Shown in pieces: positions 1 through 9,870 of a stretch of 64,000 bases of DNA. Numbering within the stretch: the stretch's first letter is position 1; every line of letters starts with the position of its first letter. The stretch is from Polyangiales bacterium. GTDB lineage: Bacteria > Myxococcota_A > Polyangia > Polyangiales > Polyangiaceae. The stretch spans positions 1-64,000 of the forward strand of contig JBBRLQ010000017.1 in the NCBI GenBank assembly GCA_038231275.1, read 5' to 3'. A model generated the notes under the pieces. The model did not search any database. It worked only from the letters and a program-made list of their open reading frames with translations, and was not told the DNA's origin. The translations under genes were made by a program, and so were the position numbers.

Positions 1-55
1 CGCTCCCCTTCACCTTCGTGAGCGTATCACCTCACGGTGACCGCAGAAACGGCGC

Positions 56-943
56 TTACCGTGCAGCTTGTTGCGACTGATCGCGCGCCGCTCGTTGCGC
101 AGAGTGAAACGCGGCAGCGGCGAGCTTCGCGTACGCGTCGACGCGCGTGTAGACGTGGTTGCCGTTCGCCGAGCAGCTTCCGCCGCGGGAGACGACGCCG
201 ACGATCTCGCCGGTGCGGATGTCGATCGCGGGGCCGCCGGAGTCGCCGCGGCACGTCGCCGAGTCGACCTCGAACTCGCGCGGGCCGAGAACGGCGCCGG
301 TCTCCGAGTTCGACGCAGGGCCGGTGGCGAGGACCGTGCTGCGCTCGCGCGCGACGCGCTTGCCGACGACGTTCGCCGTGCCGCCGCCGAAGCCGACCGG
401 AACGACGGAGTCGCCCTGCTCGACGGACGCGTGCAGGCGAATCGGGAGGATCGTGACGTTCGTGAGCGGGCGATCGAGCACGAGGAACGCGACGTCGGCG
501 TCGCAGAGCACGCGCCCGCTCGGATGGAGCGTACGAATCGCGTGCGCGCGCGGCGTGTCGATGTCCGGGTGGACGTGCGCGCCGACGTAGATCGCGATGC
601 CGCCCGGGTCTGCGTCCTCGGCGAGGTGGTCGCCGTTGTGCGACTGGCCGCGCGCGTCGCAGGAAGGGGTCGCCGTCACGGCGCGCGACACACAGTGCCG
701 GGCCGTGAGGACGAGGTTGGGCGCGACCAGCGCGCCGGAACAGAGGGTCACGTGCGTCGGGCTGTCGTCGAGCGCGGTCGCGACGGCGACGACACCGGTC
801 TCCTCGACCTCGAGCGCCTTCAGCATGCTCTCGTCGGGCGCCGCTTGCTTCTTCACGCATCCGCCCGCGACCAGGGCCAGGAGTGCAACGGCCAGGCTGG
901 CCGCTCGGTGTGTCTCTCGGGTCCCGCGTGCGTGTTTGGTCAT
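56..943 (-). CDS. S1 (trypsin-fold) serine protease, lipoprotein
   Basis: Triad motifs LTARHC, DADVA and GDSGGP; C-terminal VYTRV; lipobox-like VAGGC after a hydrophobic stretch. Confidence 0.9.
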   Translation of the reverse strand: MTKHARGTRETHRAASLAVALLALVAGGCVKKQAAPDESMLKALEVEETGVVAVATALDDSPTHVTLCSGALVAPNLVLTARHCVSRAVTATPSCDARGQSHNGDHLAEDADPGGIAIYVGAHVHPDIDTPRAHAIRTLHPSGRVLCDADVAFLVLDRPLTNVTILPIRLHASVEQGDSVVPVGFGGGTANVVGKRVARERSTVLATGPASNSETGAVLGPREFEVDSATCRGDSGGPAIDIRTGEIVGVVSRGGSCSANGNHVYTRVDAYAKLAAAAFHSAQRAARDQSQQAAR

Positions 944-1164
944 TCGTGAACGAACGGTGACTGGCTATCGGCGTCGAACAGAACGCCGGGTGCCGCCAAC
1001 GTTGATCCTGAATGGAGCTACGACTTCGCGCACTATCCAGATGGTCCGAAAGCGCACGCGTCATGTGCCCGCGCAGGGGAGGGAGTGAGTGCACGATAGC
1101 CGCAGGAAACAAGCGCATTTGTGATGCGCGCGCGGTGCATGGACGTCGCGCGACGCTCCTCGCC

Positions 1165-2223
1165 TTACTTCGTCGGAGGCGCGCGCACACCTTCGAGCTG
1201 CGCGTTCACTTCGGCGCCGAGCAGCAGCGCGAGGCTCGAAAGATAGAACCAGAACATCAGCACGGCGACCGCCGCGAGTCCTCCGTAGAAGAGCGCGTAG
1301 GATCCAAGCTGCGACACGTAGGCGCCGAACCCCCACGTCACGACCAAGAACGCCGTCATCGCGACGAACGCGCCGGGCCACGCGCGACGCCGCACGTCCG
1401 CAGGGTGCTCGACCGAGAAGCGGTAGAACGCCGCGAGCCCGGCGAGCCCGAGCGCCAGAAGCACCGTGATGAGACCCCACCGCTGCGCCGGCGTGCTGAC
1501 CAATCGCGCGACGCCTTTCTTCATCGCGTGCGAGACGACCGGGCGCGGGCGCGGCGTTCGCGCGCGCGGCGTGCTGGCCGCAGGTGCAGCGGGTGCAGTG
1601 GGCATGGCCGAGGACGTCGCGCGCGCGCTCGAGGTCGACGACCGCACGGACGACGAAGGCGACGGGACCGGCTCCCACGTGTCGAGCTCCTTGCCGATCG
1701 CGAGCACCCCCCAGGCCGTGCCCGACACGATCAAGATCGCGCCCAGCACCCACACGCTCGCGATCGCGCGCTTCTTCCACCACGGGCGCTTCGTCGCGCC
1801 GAAGACGAGCTCGAACACGTTCATGAGCCCATGCGTGCCCGACGACGCGATCCAAAAGAACCCAAAGATGCCGACCGGCGCGATGGGGGACGACGTCGCG
1901 CCGGCGAGCCGCTCGAGCTCGTGACGCACCAGCTCGGTCGCCATTTGCGGCGCCGCGTCGAGGAGAGGGTCCATGAACGCCTCGACGCCGCGCTGGCGGA
2001 CGAGCAAGCCGAGCACGTAGCCGAGGACGACCAGGAGCGGGATGAGGCTCAGGAAGAAGTGGAACGCCATCGCGCTCGCCGCGTCGAGCGCGTGGTGACG
2101 GCGCATCGCGTCGGCGACACGGAAGAGCCAGCGCAGCCCCCCGATGAGCCGGGACCACGCCACCGCCGCGACGACCCGTGCCCGCGGGACGGGCCCCGGC
2201 GCCTCTTTCGCATCGTCTGTCAT
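1165..2223 (-). CDS. YihY/BrkB family inner-membrane protein
   Basis: ASAMAFHFFLSLIPLL, RRAWPGA, YALFYGGLAAVAVLMFWFY and LLGAEVNA motifs; Ser/Ala/Pro-rich insert between TM segments. Confidence 0.88.
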   Translation of the reverse strand: MTDDAKEAPGPVPRARVVAAVAWSRLIGGLRWLFRVADAMRRHHALDAASAMAFHFFLSLIPLLVVLGYVLGLLVRQRGVEAFMDPLLDAAPQMATELVRHELERLAGATSSPIAPVGIFGFFWIASSGTHGLMNVFELVFGATKRPWWKKRAIASVWVLGAILIVSGTAWGVLAIGKELDTWEPVPSPSSSVRSSTSSARATSSAMPTAPAAPAASTPRARTPRPRPVVSHAMKKGVARLVSTPAQRWGLITVLLALGLAGLAAFYRFSVEHPADVRRRAWPGAFVAMTAFLVVTWGFGAYVSQLGSYALFYGGLAAVAVLMFWFYLSSLALLLGAEVNAQLEGVRAPPTK

Positions 2224-2252
2224 CGCTCCGCGTCCGAGGGTACATTCTCCCC

Positions 2253-2888
2253 GTGCGAAAGTTGTTCTTTGCCGGCCTCGCGCTGCTCCCCTTCGCCGTG
2301 CTCGGCTCGGGGGCGTGCGGCGGCTCCAGCTCCAGCGGCGGCGGGAGCGGCGTCGACGCCGCGAGCCTCGTCGATCACTCGCGCATCGACGGCCCCGTGC
2401 ACGTCGCCGGTCCCTGCGAGATCACGATCGACGCCCCGGCGTTCTTGCCCGCCCTTCACGTCGCGATCGGCACGCACGTCGAGTACGACTCGAACCCGCC
2501 GTCGAGCGGTCCGCATTACCCAGTGTGGGCCGCCTTCCAGACGTGGAGCGCGCCGGTCGCGCGCGAGTACTACGTCCACGACCTGGAGCACGGCGCGATC
2601 GTCCTCCTCTACAAATGCGACACCGGCGACGGGTGCCCGAGCATCGCAGCCGGCCTCAAGAGCGTGGGCGACGCGGTGCCCGACGATCCGATCTGCGACA
2701 AGGCCACCGTGCGCGCGCGAATCGTCGTGACGCCCGATCCGCTCCTCGACGTCCCCGTCGCCGCGGCCGCGTGGGGCTGGACCTACAAAGCGAAGTGCCT
2801 CGACGTGCCGAGCCTCACGCAGTTCGCGAAAGATCACTACGGCCAGGGGCCGGAGCAAATCTGCGCGAACGGAACGACTGCGTTCTGA
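2253..2888 (+). CDS. DUF3105 domain lipoprotein
   Basis: YDSNPPSSGPHY, VHDLEHGAI and AAWG motifs; GTG start chosen just before the signal peptide and SGAC lipobox. Confidence 0.82.
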   Translation: MRKLFFAGLALLPFAVLGSGACGGSSSSGGGSGVDAASLVDHSRIDGPVHVAGPCEITIDAPAFLPALHVAIGTHVEYDSNPPSSGPHYPVWAAFQTWSAPVAREYYVHDLEHGAIVLLYKCDTGDGCPSIAAGLKSVGDAVPDDPICDKATVRARIVVTPDPLLDVPVAAAAWGWTYKAKCLDVPSLTQFAKDHYGQGPEQICANGTTAF

Positions 2889-2915
2889 CGCGAAGCGGTC
2901 AGCCTGACCCGCGGG

Positions 2916-3929
2916 TCAGCCCGGGTAGCCGACCATCTTGCCGGTCTCGGGATCCCAGAGCTTCTGCTGGAAGCAGGCGCGCACGTCCTTGAGGCGGAGG
3001 CTCGTCTTGTTCGTCGGCTGGAGCTCGGGCATGCCCGCCATCGCCTCGGGCAAACGGTAGAACGGGATGAGCGGGTTCAGGTGGTGCACGTGGTGCAGCC
3101 CGATGTTCCCCGTGAAAAAGGCCATGATCGGCCCCATCTCCATGTAGCTCGACGACTCCAGCGCCGCGCGCTCGAAGCTCCACGACTCGCGCGGCTGCAC
3201 GACCATGTCCGGGAAGTTGTGCTGCGCGTAGAAGAGGTACGCGCCCATCGCCATCGCGATCGCGAGCGGCAAGAAGAACGCGAAGACCCACACGAGCACG
3301 CCGAGCTTCCAGATGATCAGCGCCGTGAGGCTCCAGTTGAGGAGCACCGCGAAGCCCGCCGACCAGTTCTTCTTCGGCGCGCGCAGGAACGGCGACACGC
3401 CCAAGCCGAGCATGAAGATCGTGAAGTACCCGGTCGCGATCGTCAGCGGATGACGGATCAGGCGGTACATCGTGCGCTGGCTCGGCGTCATCTTCTCCCA
3501 CATCGCGGTCGTCACCATGATGTACGAGCCGATGTTCGAGCCGACGATCTTCGCCGTGTGGGCGTGATGGTAGTTGTGCGTGTCCCTCCACACCTTGGCC
3601 GGCGTCATGATGATGAGGCCGAAGACCCAGAAGAGCGCCTTTGCGATCTGCGACCGGCGCAGGATCGCGCCGTGCCAGTAGTCGTGGAAGAGAATGAAAC
3701 AGCGCACGATGACGAGGCCTGCGACCGTCGACGCCGTCGCGCGCATCGCCCACTCGAGCGGCGTGACGGACGGGCGCGCGGCGATCGCGATGGCGGAGCC
3801 GAGGAGCGCGAACGACGTGACCGTGTAGAGCACGCTGCGGGCGCGGCTCTCCACGGTGAAGGGCTTGGTCCTGCTGACCAGCGATTTGGCCTCACCTCGT
3901 CCTTCGATGCGCGCTTCTTCTTCGGCCAT
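2916..3929 (-). CDS. Membrane fatty acid desaturase
   Basis: Three His boxes HDYWH, HNYHH and HHVHH, plus FYAQH and IPFYRL; TM segments. Confidence 0.92.
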   Translation of the reverse strand: MAEEEARIEGRGEAKSLVSRTKPFTVESRARSVLYTVTSFALLGSAIAIAARPSVTPLEWAMRATASTVAGLVIVRCFILFHDYWHGAILRRSQIAKALFWVFGLIIMTPAKVWRDTHNYHHAHTAKIVGSNIGSYIMVTTAMWEKMTPSQRTMYRLIRHPLTIATGYFTIFMLGLGVSPFLRAPKKNWSAGFAVLLNWSLTALIIWKLGVLVWVFAFFLPLAIAMAMGAYLFYAQHNFPDMVVQPRESWSFERAALESSSYMEMGPIMAFFTGNIGLHHVHHLNPLIPFYRLPEAMAGMPELQPTNKTSLRLKDVRACFQQKLWDPETGKMVGYPG

Positions 3930-4222
3930 TTCGGTGACGGTCCTCGCCTGAAACGCAACGGCAGGGCTGCCCGCGCGTCAGTTTTACGGGAAGATCTGGA
4001 GCAGATAGCCCCTCTCGTCGCCGTCGACAAGCGGGTTACGTAAAGGGCCGCCGGCGCGCAGAATTCTCGGTCCCTGGTACCGCGCCAAGTGTTCGTGGAT
4101 CTGGCGCTTTTTCTCGATCGCCCCGCCGCGCCTTGTCCGTCGACGCACCTCGCGGGCAAAGACGGTACATAGGGAGCCATGCGGATGACCTCGCTCGTCG
4201 TACGGCCCGAGGAAGAGCCGCG

Positions 4223-4864
4223 GTGACCGCCGAGGACGCGCGGCGCCGGATGGCCGACACGGTGGAGCGCGCGCTCGGCCCAATCGCGCCGCGCTTTCGC
4301 GAGGCGTTGCTCGCCGTGCCGCGGGAGCGCTTCGTACGCCCGGCAGACCTCTGGCGCGCGACGGAGGACATGCCCCTGCCGCTCGACGATCGCGGGCTCG
4401 CGACGATCAGCGCGCCGCACGCGTATGTGTTGTCTTTCGCGCTCGCCGAGCTCGCGCCAGGCGACGCGCTCCTGGAGCTGGGAACCGGCACCGGGTACGG
4501 GGCCGCGCTCGCGGCGCACGTGGTCGGTCCCGCCGGGCGCGTCGTCACGATGGAGATCGACGCGGAGCTCGCGGCCCGCGCGCAAGAGCTGTTGGGTGGC
4601 GCCGCGAACGTGCTCGCGATCCGTGCAGATGCGACCATCGCGGAGACGGTGCACGTCGGGGCCTCCAAGATCATCGCGACGTTCGCGGTCGAGACGATCC
4701 CGCAGCGCTGGCTGGACGATCTCCCGGACGGCGGGGTGCTCGTCGCGCCAGTCGGCGGGGCGCGCGAGGTCCAGCGCTTGATCCGCGTCACGCGCAACGC
4801 GGAACGGCTGGTGAGCACCGAGCACGGCGCTGTGCGTTATGTCGCGAACCGTTCTCCAGGGTGA
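4223..4864 (+). CDS. pcm: Protein-L-isoaspartate O-methyltransferase-like SAM methyltransferase
   Basis: VPRERFV, TISAPH, LELGTGTGY and GGVLVAPVG; GTG start follows GAGGAAG. Confidence 0.8.
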   Translation: MTAEDARRRMADTVERALGPIAPRFREALLAVPRERFVRPADLWRATEDMPLPLDDRGLATISAPHAYVLSFALAELAPGDALLELGTGTGYGAALAAHVVGPAGRVVTMEIDAELAARAQELLGGAANVLAIRADATIAETVHVGASKIIATFAVETIPQRWLDDLPDGGVLVAPVGGAREVQRLIRVTRNAERLVSTEHGAVRYVANRSPG

Positions 4865-4909
4865 AACGCGCTGACCTCGCGCGTTCGGTAGCCGGTTGCA
4901 GGGTCGACG

Positions 4910-6406
4910 CTACTTCGCGTAGGTGGTCTTGCAGTAGTCGAGGGCCGCTTGATCGACGGTCGCCTCGGGAATCGCCGGCGGATCGGCGAACGCGAGCTGC
5001 GAGAAATCGAACATGTCGGCGAGCGACTCGGCGTTGGCGTCGCGGGCCGAGAGCGCCGGGATCTTGAATTTGGTCTGGATGAACCGGGCGATGCTCGCGT
5101 GGTCGAACTGCACGTGAGACACGTACCCCTTCTTCGCGTACGGGGAGACGACGACGAGCGGCACGCGAAATCCCAGGCGATCGAAGCCGCCCGGCGTGGT
5201 GTCGCCGCCCTCGAGCTTGGGCGGGGTCGCGTCGGGCGCGCAGGCGTTCGGCGGCGGGACGTGGTCGTAGATGCCGCCGTTCTCGTCGTACGTGAGGAAG
5301 AGCGCGCTCTTCTTCCACTGCGGGCTCTTGAAGAGGGCGTGGACGACGTCACTCACGAACTTCTGGCCGACCTGGAGATCCGACGGCGGGTGCTCGTCGG
5401 ACCGGTCCGCCCCCTCGGCGCCGAGGTACGGATCGACGAAGGCCACGCTGGGCAGCGTGCCGGCGGCGGCGGCCGCCATGAACTCGTCGATCGTGTGAAG
5501 CGGATTGCGGCCCCAGCGCGTGAGGATCGCGGGGCCGACCACCACGGCGGCGCCGGGAGCGTTCGCGTTGTAGATGTTCCAATCGACATGGCGCTTCTCG
5601 AGCTCGTCGAAGATCGTCGCGTCGTTGTCGGGGAACGGGTAGGTCGTGAGGTCGGGAAAGACGTTGGCGGTCTTGCCGAAGCTCGTTGCAGAATACAAGT
5701 ACATGCGGTTCGGCCAGGTCGGGCCGAGCAGCGAGCAGTGGTAGTGGTCGGCGACGCCGAACGTCTTCGCGAGCTCGTAGTAGAACGGCAGCTCGCGCTC
5801 GTCGTACCACCAGAGCGCGCGGGCGCCGGCGAACAGGTCCGGCGTGGGGTTCTGGAGCTTCGACTCGCCGAAGCCCTGGTTCGCTTCCACGAAGCCGTCG
5901 TTCTTGCCGGCGTTGTACTCGAGGTGACTCCCCGCCCACTCGTGGTTCGTGTCCAGGAAGCACATGTGCGGCGCGTGCTGGTACGCGTTCGTCGCCGGCG
6001 CGCCGCCCGCCTTGTCGGGCAGCATCGTCGTGTCCGGAGCGCTCTCGATGTCGCTCCGCCCGGCGTACTTGCCGAGGTGGCCGAAGTACGAGTCGAACGA
6101 GCGGTTCTCCTGCATCACGACGATGATCGTCTCGATGGGGAGGTCCTTGTCGACGGGGGTGCCGGTCCCGAACGTCTCCGCGGGCAACGCACCACGCGCG
6201 AACTTGCACGCGTCACGCTGCGACTTCGCGGTGGCGTCGTCGGGGCGAGTGACGGCGCGATTCCATTCCGGCGGCGTCGGCGGTCGCGTATCCGTCCCGG
6301 CGCCGCCGTCGGGCGACGTGTCCGCAGACGACGAGCTCTTGCACGCGAGAGGAGCGACGACGAGCGACGCGAAAAGCGCGGCGCAAAGCGGTGCGGCAAG
6401 ACGCAT
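4910..6406 (-). CDS. Phospholipase C / phosphoesterase family lipoprotein
   Basis: MQENRSFDSYFG, GPTWPNR, DEHPP, TYDENGGIYDHVPPP and LGFRVP; PLAC lipobox. Confidence 0.92.
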   Translation of the reverse strand: MRLAAPLCAALFASLVVAPLACKSSSSADTSPDGGAGTDTRPPTPPEWNRAVTRPDDATAKSQRDACKFARGALPAETFGTGTPVDKDLPIETIIVVMQENRSFDSYFGHLGKYAGRSDIESAPDTTMLPDKAGGAPATNAYQHAPHMCFLDTNHEWAGSHLEYNAGKNDGFVEANQGFGESKLQNPTPDLFAGARALWWYDERELPFYYELAKTFGVADHYHCSLLGPTWPNRMYLYSATSFGKTANVFPDLTTYPFPDNDATIFDELEKRHVDWNIYNANAPGAAVVVGPAILTRWGRNPLHTIDEFMAAAAAGTLPSVAFVDPYLGAEGADRSDEHPPSDLQVGQKFVSDVVHALFKSPQWKKSALFLTYDENGGIYDHVPPPNACAPDATPPKLEGGDTTPGGFDRLGFRVPLVVVSPYAKKGYVSHVQFDHASIARFIQTKFKIPALSARDANAESLADMFDFSQLAFADPPAIPEATVDQAALDYCKTTYAK

Positions 6407-6433
6407 GCGCGCACCATACTTCGAAACGAGGGC

Positions 6434-6850
6434 TCAGGCCACGCGGGGTCCCTTCGGCGCGTCGTCGGGCGGAGCGGGCGTCGGCGCCTTGTCCTTCTTC
6501 GTGTCGTCGGGGCTGGGGCTCGCCGCGTCGGTGGTCGGAGCGACGGGTGGGGGCGCTGCTGCGTCGGCGGGAGGCTGGGGTTGATCGGCGCTCGCGCCCG
6601 AGGCCTGTGCCTTCGCGTCCTCGGGGTGCGGGACCGTGCCCTTGCCGTGGAAAATCTGCCGGTCGAGCTGATCGGTCACGTTCTCGATCGCGCGCCCTAC
6701 CTCTTTCACGCCGGTCACCACGACCTTCTCGAGCTTGTCGGTCGGGAGCTGATCCACGGCCGACTTTGCCGCGCGGAAGAGGAGGCCGATGCCCTTCTTC
6801 AGGTCATCGACGGGATCGTGCGGAGTCTTCTTGTCGTCATCGCCGGGCAT
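6434..6850 (-). CDS. Hypothetical protein with helical N-terminus and Pro/Ala-rich tail
   Basis: Protein-like composition from MPGDDDKK; the upstream ORF extension is the antisense of a PT repeat. Confidence 0.65.
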   Translation of the reverse strand: MPGDDDKKTPHDPVDDLKKGIGLLFRAAKSAVDQLPTDKLEKVVVTGVKEVGRAIENVTDQLDRQIFHGKGTVPHPEDAKAQASGASADQPQPPADAAAPPPVAPTTDAASPSPDDTKKDKAPTPAPPDDAPKGPRVA

Positions 6851-6899
6851 GCCGAAAGGATGCGCACGAACGCCGTCCCTGTCGAGGTATAACGGGCCA

Positions 6900-7274
6900 A
6901 TGCGTCGTGGGGCCCTGGTCTGGCTGAGTTTGGCCCTCGCCGCCTGCGCCGCCGCAGCTCCGACGCCGACGCCGACTCCGACGCCGACTCCGACTCCGAC
7001 TCCGACGCCGACTCCGACTCCGACTCCGACGCCGGTCCTTTGTGGCTGCGCTCTTTGCGCCCCGCGCCCGAGCGACGACGCATGCACCACCGACGCGGAT
7101 TGCGCGCCGTCCGTGCCTTGCCATGCCCCCGCGTGCGTCGCGGCGGCGAAGGCGGTCGCGCGCAAACCCGGCGAGATGTGCTCGATGCAGATGGTGTGCG
7201 GAACCATCGACGCAAACGCCTGCGGGTGCGTCCAGGGGAAATGCGCCCTCTACCCGCGCCCCCCCAAGACGTGA
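6900..7274 (+). CDS. Small secreted/lipoprotein with Pro-Thr linker and Cys-rich domain
   Basis: Signal peptide with LAAC, (PT)n linker, then CTTDADC...CHAPAC...CSMQMVC...CGCVQGKC. Confidence 0.7.
   Translation: MRRGALVWLSLALAACAAAAPTPTPTPTPTPTPTPTPTPTPTPTPVLCGCALCAPRPSDDACTTDADCAPSVPCHAPACVAAAKAVARKPGEMCSMQMVCGTIDANACGCVQGKCALYPRPPKT
6960..7034 (+). repeat. Hexamer tandem repeat (CCGACK)n encoding poly-PT
   Basis: About 12 consecutive CCGACG/CCGACT units. Confidence 0.9.
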
Positions 7275-7280
7275 TCTCGC

Positions 7281-8837
7281 CTAAAATCCGTACGCGACTC
7301 CGACCTCCGGCGCCGCGTAAGGGACGAGGCCGCTTCCGCCGAACGCGGCGGTCAGCTTCAGGATCGACGTCACCCCGAACGTCGGCGACAGCGCGTAACG
7401 CACGCCACCACCGGCCGCGACGAAGAACGGCCCCGCGGTTCGCCACGCGACGATCGCCTGCTGCCCGGCGATTCCGGTCCGCGCGACTTGGACGGTCTGG
7501 CTGGCGTCGTACTCCGCGACGCCGGCGCCGCCGACGACCAGTGGCGCGAAGCCGATCTTTACCAGCGCGCCTTCACCGAAGAGGTACGTGACGCGGCCCT
7601 CGAAGTGGAGCGACGGGCCGAAGCCCTTGCCGTTCTTGCTCGCCCGCGTGCCCGGGTACCCGTTCGCGACGTAGCCGACGCGCGCGCCCACGAGCAGGCT
7701 CGTCGACACCGCGTAGTCGAGCGAGAGGAGAACGCGCGCGTCGCCCGCGCCGAGGCCGCCCGTGGGGCTGCCCGCCTTTCCGTTGACGAGCGTGTCGCTC
7801 ACGGCCTTGTTCGCCGGGAAATCCGCGCCGCCGTTCGGATCGGTGCAGAAGAAGCCCGAGTCGTTGGCGGGCTGCGCGTCAGCGGAGAGCTTGCAGACGT
7901 TGTTGCCCGACGGCTTCGAGCCGAAATCGATCGAGCCCGAGAGGCCGACCCAGAAGCGCGGAAATGCGCCGGGGGTGGCCTTGGGCTTCTCGTCGGGAGC
8001 CCCGTCGGGCGTGGACTCCGATTTGTCGCTGGGGCTCGGCGCTGGGGCGGTCGTCTCCGTCGGAGCAGCGCCGGGGCCGCACTGCTTCGGAGGCGCCGCG
8101 CCCGGCAGCGAGGGGGCGGGCGACGTGATCTCTCGGCGGATCCCGACGTAGAATGGCCTTTTCGGATCTCCTGACGTCGCGGCCGGTGAGCCCGACGCGT
8201 CGACCCCGACGACGTAGTAGCGCATGACGCCGAGCTTCACGGCGTCGCACGGGACGACGCCTCCCCACCCCGTCCCCACGCGCCCGAGCTCGAGGCGGCC
8301 GAACTCTTTCGCGCCCGTCGCCTTGTAACGAACGGTCACTTTGGTGACGGGCGCGTCGACCTCGACGTAGATCGGTAGCGGCGTTCGCATCGTCTGCTCG
8401 GCGGCCGGCGTGTGGACGAAGTCACCGGCGGGCTGCGGCGAGAGGGCGGCCTGGGCTTCGTCCTTCGCGGCGTCCCACGCCACGCGAACCGGCGCGCTCG
8501 CGTAGCGCTGCGACAGCTCCGCGTTCGGCTCGATCTTGAGCGACTCCGTGAACGCGTGGTAGCCGCCGTCCTCGTCGCCGCTCTGGAACTCGATCGCACC
8601 GGAGTCGCGTAGGAGCTGGGCGCGCGTCGCGGGCGCGCACTTCGGGCATCCACGCGTCGCCTTGCGCAAGCGGGTGATCGCCTTCTCGAGCGCGCCAGTC
8701 GCGAAGTCGGCCTGCGCCGCCTGGAGCGCCTCGCGCGCGGCCGCCTCTGCCCTTCGATCTTGCGCGCGCGCGTCGCCGGTCGCGGCGACGAGGACCACGA
8801 AGGAGACGCCGAGCGCGACGCGGAGGCGGACGCTCAT
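7281..8837 (-). CDS. Secreted TPR + Ig-like + C-terminal outer-membrane beta-barrel-like protein
   Basis: Signal peptide (ARA-Q), TPR-like helices, beta-rich middle, amphipathic strands ending GVAYGF; ATGA overlap with upstream gene. Confidence 0.65.
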   Translation of the reverse strand: MSVRLRVALGVSFVVLVAATGDARAQDRRAEAAAREALQAAQADFATGALEKAITRLRKATRGCPKCAPATRAQLLRDSGAIEFQSGDEDGGYHAFTESLKIEPNAELSQRYASAPVRVAWDAAKDEAQAALSPQPAGDFVHTPAAEQTMRTPLPIYVEVDAPVTKVTVRYKATGAKEFGRLELGRVGTGWGGVVPCDAVKLGVMRYYVVGVDASGSPAATSGDPKRPFYVGIRREITSPAPSLPGAAPPKQCGPGAAPTETTAPAPSPSDKSESTPDGAPDEKPKATPGAFPRFWVGLSGSIDFGSKPSGNNVCKLSADAQPANDSGFFCTDPNGGADFPANKAVSDTLVNGKAGSPTGGLGAGDARVLLSLDYAVSTSLLVGARVGYVANGYPGTRASKNGKGFGPSLHFEGRVTYLFGEGALVKIGFAPLVVGGAGVAEYDASQTVQVARTGIAGQQAIVAWRTAGPFFVAAGGGVRYALSPTFGVTSILKLTAAFGGSGLVPYAAPEVGVAYGF

Positions 8838-9373
8838 GGAGTGCCCGCGAGCGCCGAGGTGCACGCGTTCGTGTCGGTGTGGCCGCCGAGCCAGGTCGTC
8901 ACGCAGTCGTCTTGGGAGTCTCCCGCCACGAAGAGCTGACCGCCCTTGTGCTCCTCGGTCCCGCGCGCTTTTCGGACGAACGTGAGGAGCTCGGGATCGG
9001 CGCCCTTCCCGGAAACGACCGAGCTCATCACCGCCGGCTCGAGACCGACGAGCGAACGGAACGTGGCGGCGTACTCGGCGTCGTTCGTGTTCTTTCCACC
9101 TTGCGCGCGGCAGCCCGGCGCGTCGGCGGGGTCGAGGCGCTGCCCTTCGCATCCCCAGATGATGAGGTTCCGCTGGCGGTTTCCGTGGCAGTCGAGCGAG
9201 CCGCAACGATGGATGAGGAGGTCGGCGACCGGAGGAAATTGCGCGCTGTCGGGCGCGTTGACGCCGATGCGGGAGTCGGCGGGCGCGGTCGTGCACGCGC
9301 CGAGCGCGGCGATCCCGAGCGCGGCCAGCGTAGACCACGCGAGACACACGATGCCCGTGCGCCGCGCGCTCAT
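8834..9373 (-). CDS. Lipoprotein with atypical CxxxxCH putative heme-c motif
   Basis: LGAC lipobox, CGSLDCH, distal EEHKGG; 4-bp overlaps on both sides. Confidence 0.65.
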   Translation of the reverse strand: MSARRTGIVCLAWSTLAALGIAALGACTTAPADSRIGVNAPDSAQFPPVADLLIHRCGSLDCHGNRQRNLIIWGCEGQRLDPADAPGCRAQGGKNTNDAEYAATFRSLVGLEPAVMSSVVSGKGADPELLTFVRKARGTEEHKGGQLFVAGDSQDDCVTTWLGGHTDTNACTSALAGTP

Positions 9374-9870
9374 TTTGCCCCCGGGGGCAGATCGGCCACG
9401 TCGGCGACGAAGTACACGTGCCCCGGCGTCGTCGCGCCGCGCGGCTCGAAGTGGCAGCTACCGCACGAGCCGTCGCGCCCGATGTGCGTGCCCATCACCG
9501 TGTCGAAGCCGCCGAGGCTCAACTTCACGTGGACCGGATAGCTCGGCGACCACGCGTCGTGCGCGACGTAGAAGTTGCCGGCGGCGTTCGTCGTCGCGTG
9601 CTTCACCGAGTTGGTCGCGTCGGTCATCGTGACGTCGACGCCGGACAGCGGCGCGTCCTGCGCCTTCACGGCATACACGGTGCCCGCCATCGCGAACTGC
9701 GCCGACGCCGGCCCCGAACCGCCGTGGCACGTGAGGCATGGCTGACCGCGCCGATGCTCGGGTCCCGTGCTCCCCTGCTCGGGCCCGAGCGCCGACACCT
9801 CGTTGTCGTGGACCGGATCGGCGCACGCGGCGAAGAGCAGCGCCAGGACGAGTGCGGCGCGAGCGTTCAT
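9370..9870 (-). CDS. Diheme c-type cytochrome lipoprotein with carboxypeptidase-regulatory-like fold
   Basis: FAAC lipobox; CLTCH and CGSCH; AGTVY...TNAAGNFY. Confidence 0.75.
   Translation of the reverse strand: MNARAALVLALLFAACADPVHDNEVSALGPEQGSTGPEHRRGQPCLTCHGGSGPASAQFAMAGTVYAVKAQDAPLSGVDVTMTDATNSVKHATTNAAGNFYVAHDAWSPSYPVHVKLSLGGFDTVMGTHIGRDGSCGSCHFEPRGATTPGHVYFVADVADLPPGAK

Noticed and set aside
2904..2919. Perfect 16-bp palindrome CTGACCCGCGGGTCAG between convergent genes
   Set aside because: No loop or U-tract and I saw no second copy; cannot be called a terminator or REP
4133..4864. pcm-like gene as a RiPP isoaspartate-installing enzyme
   Set aside because: No lanthipeptide, lasso or graspetide machinery and no Asp-containing precursor nearby
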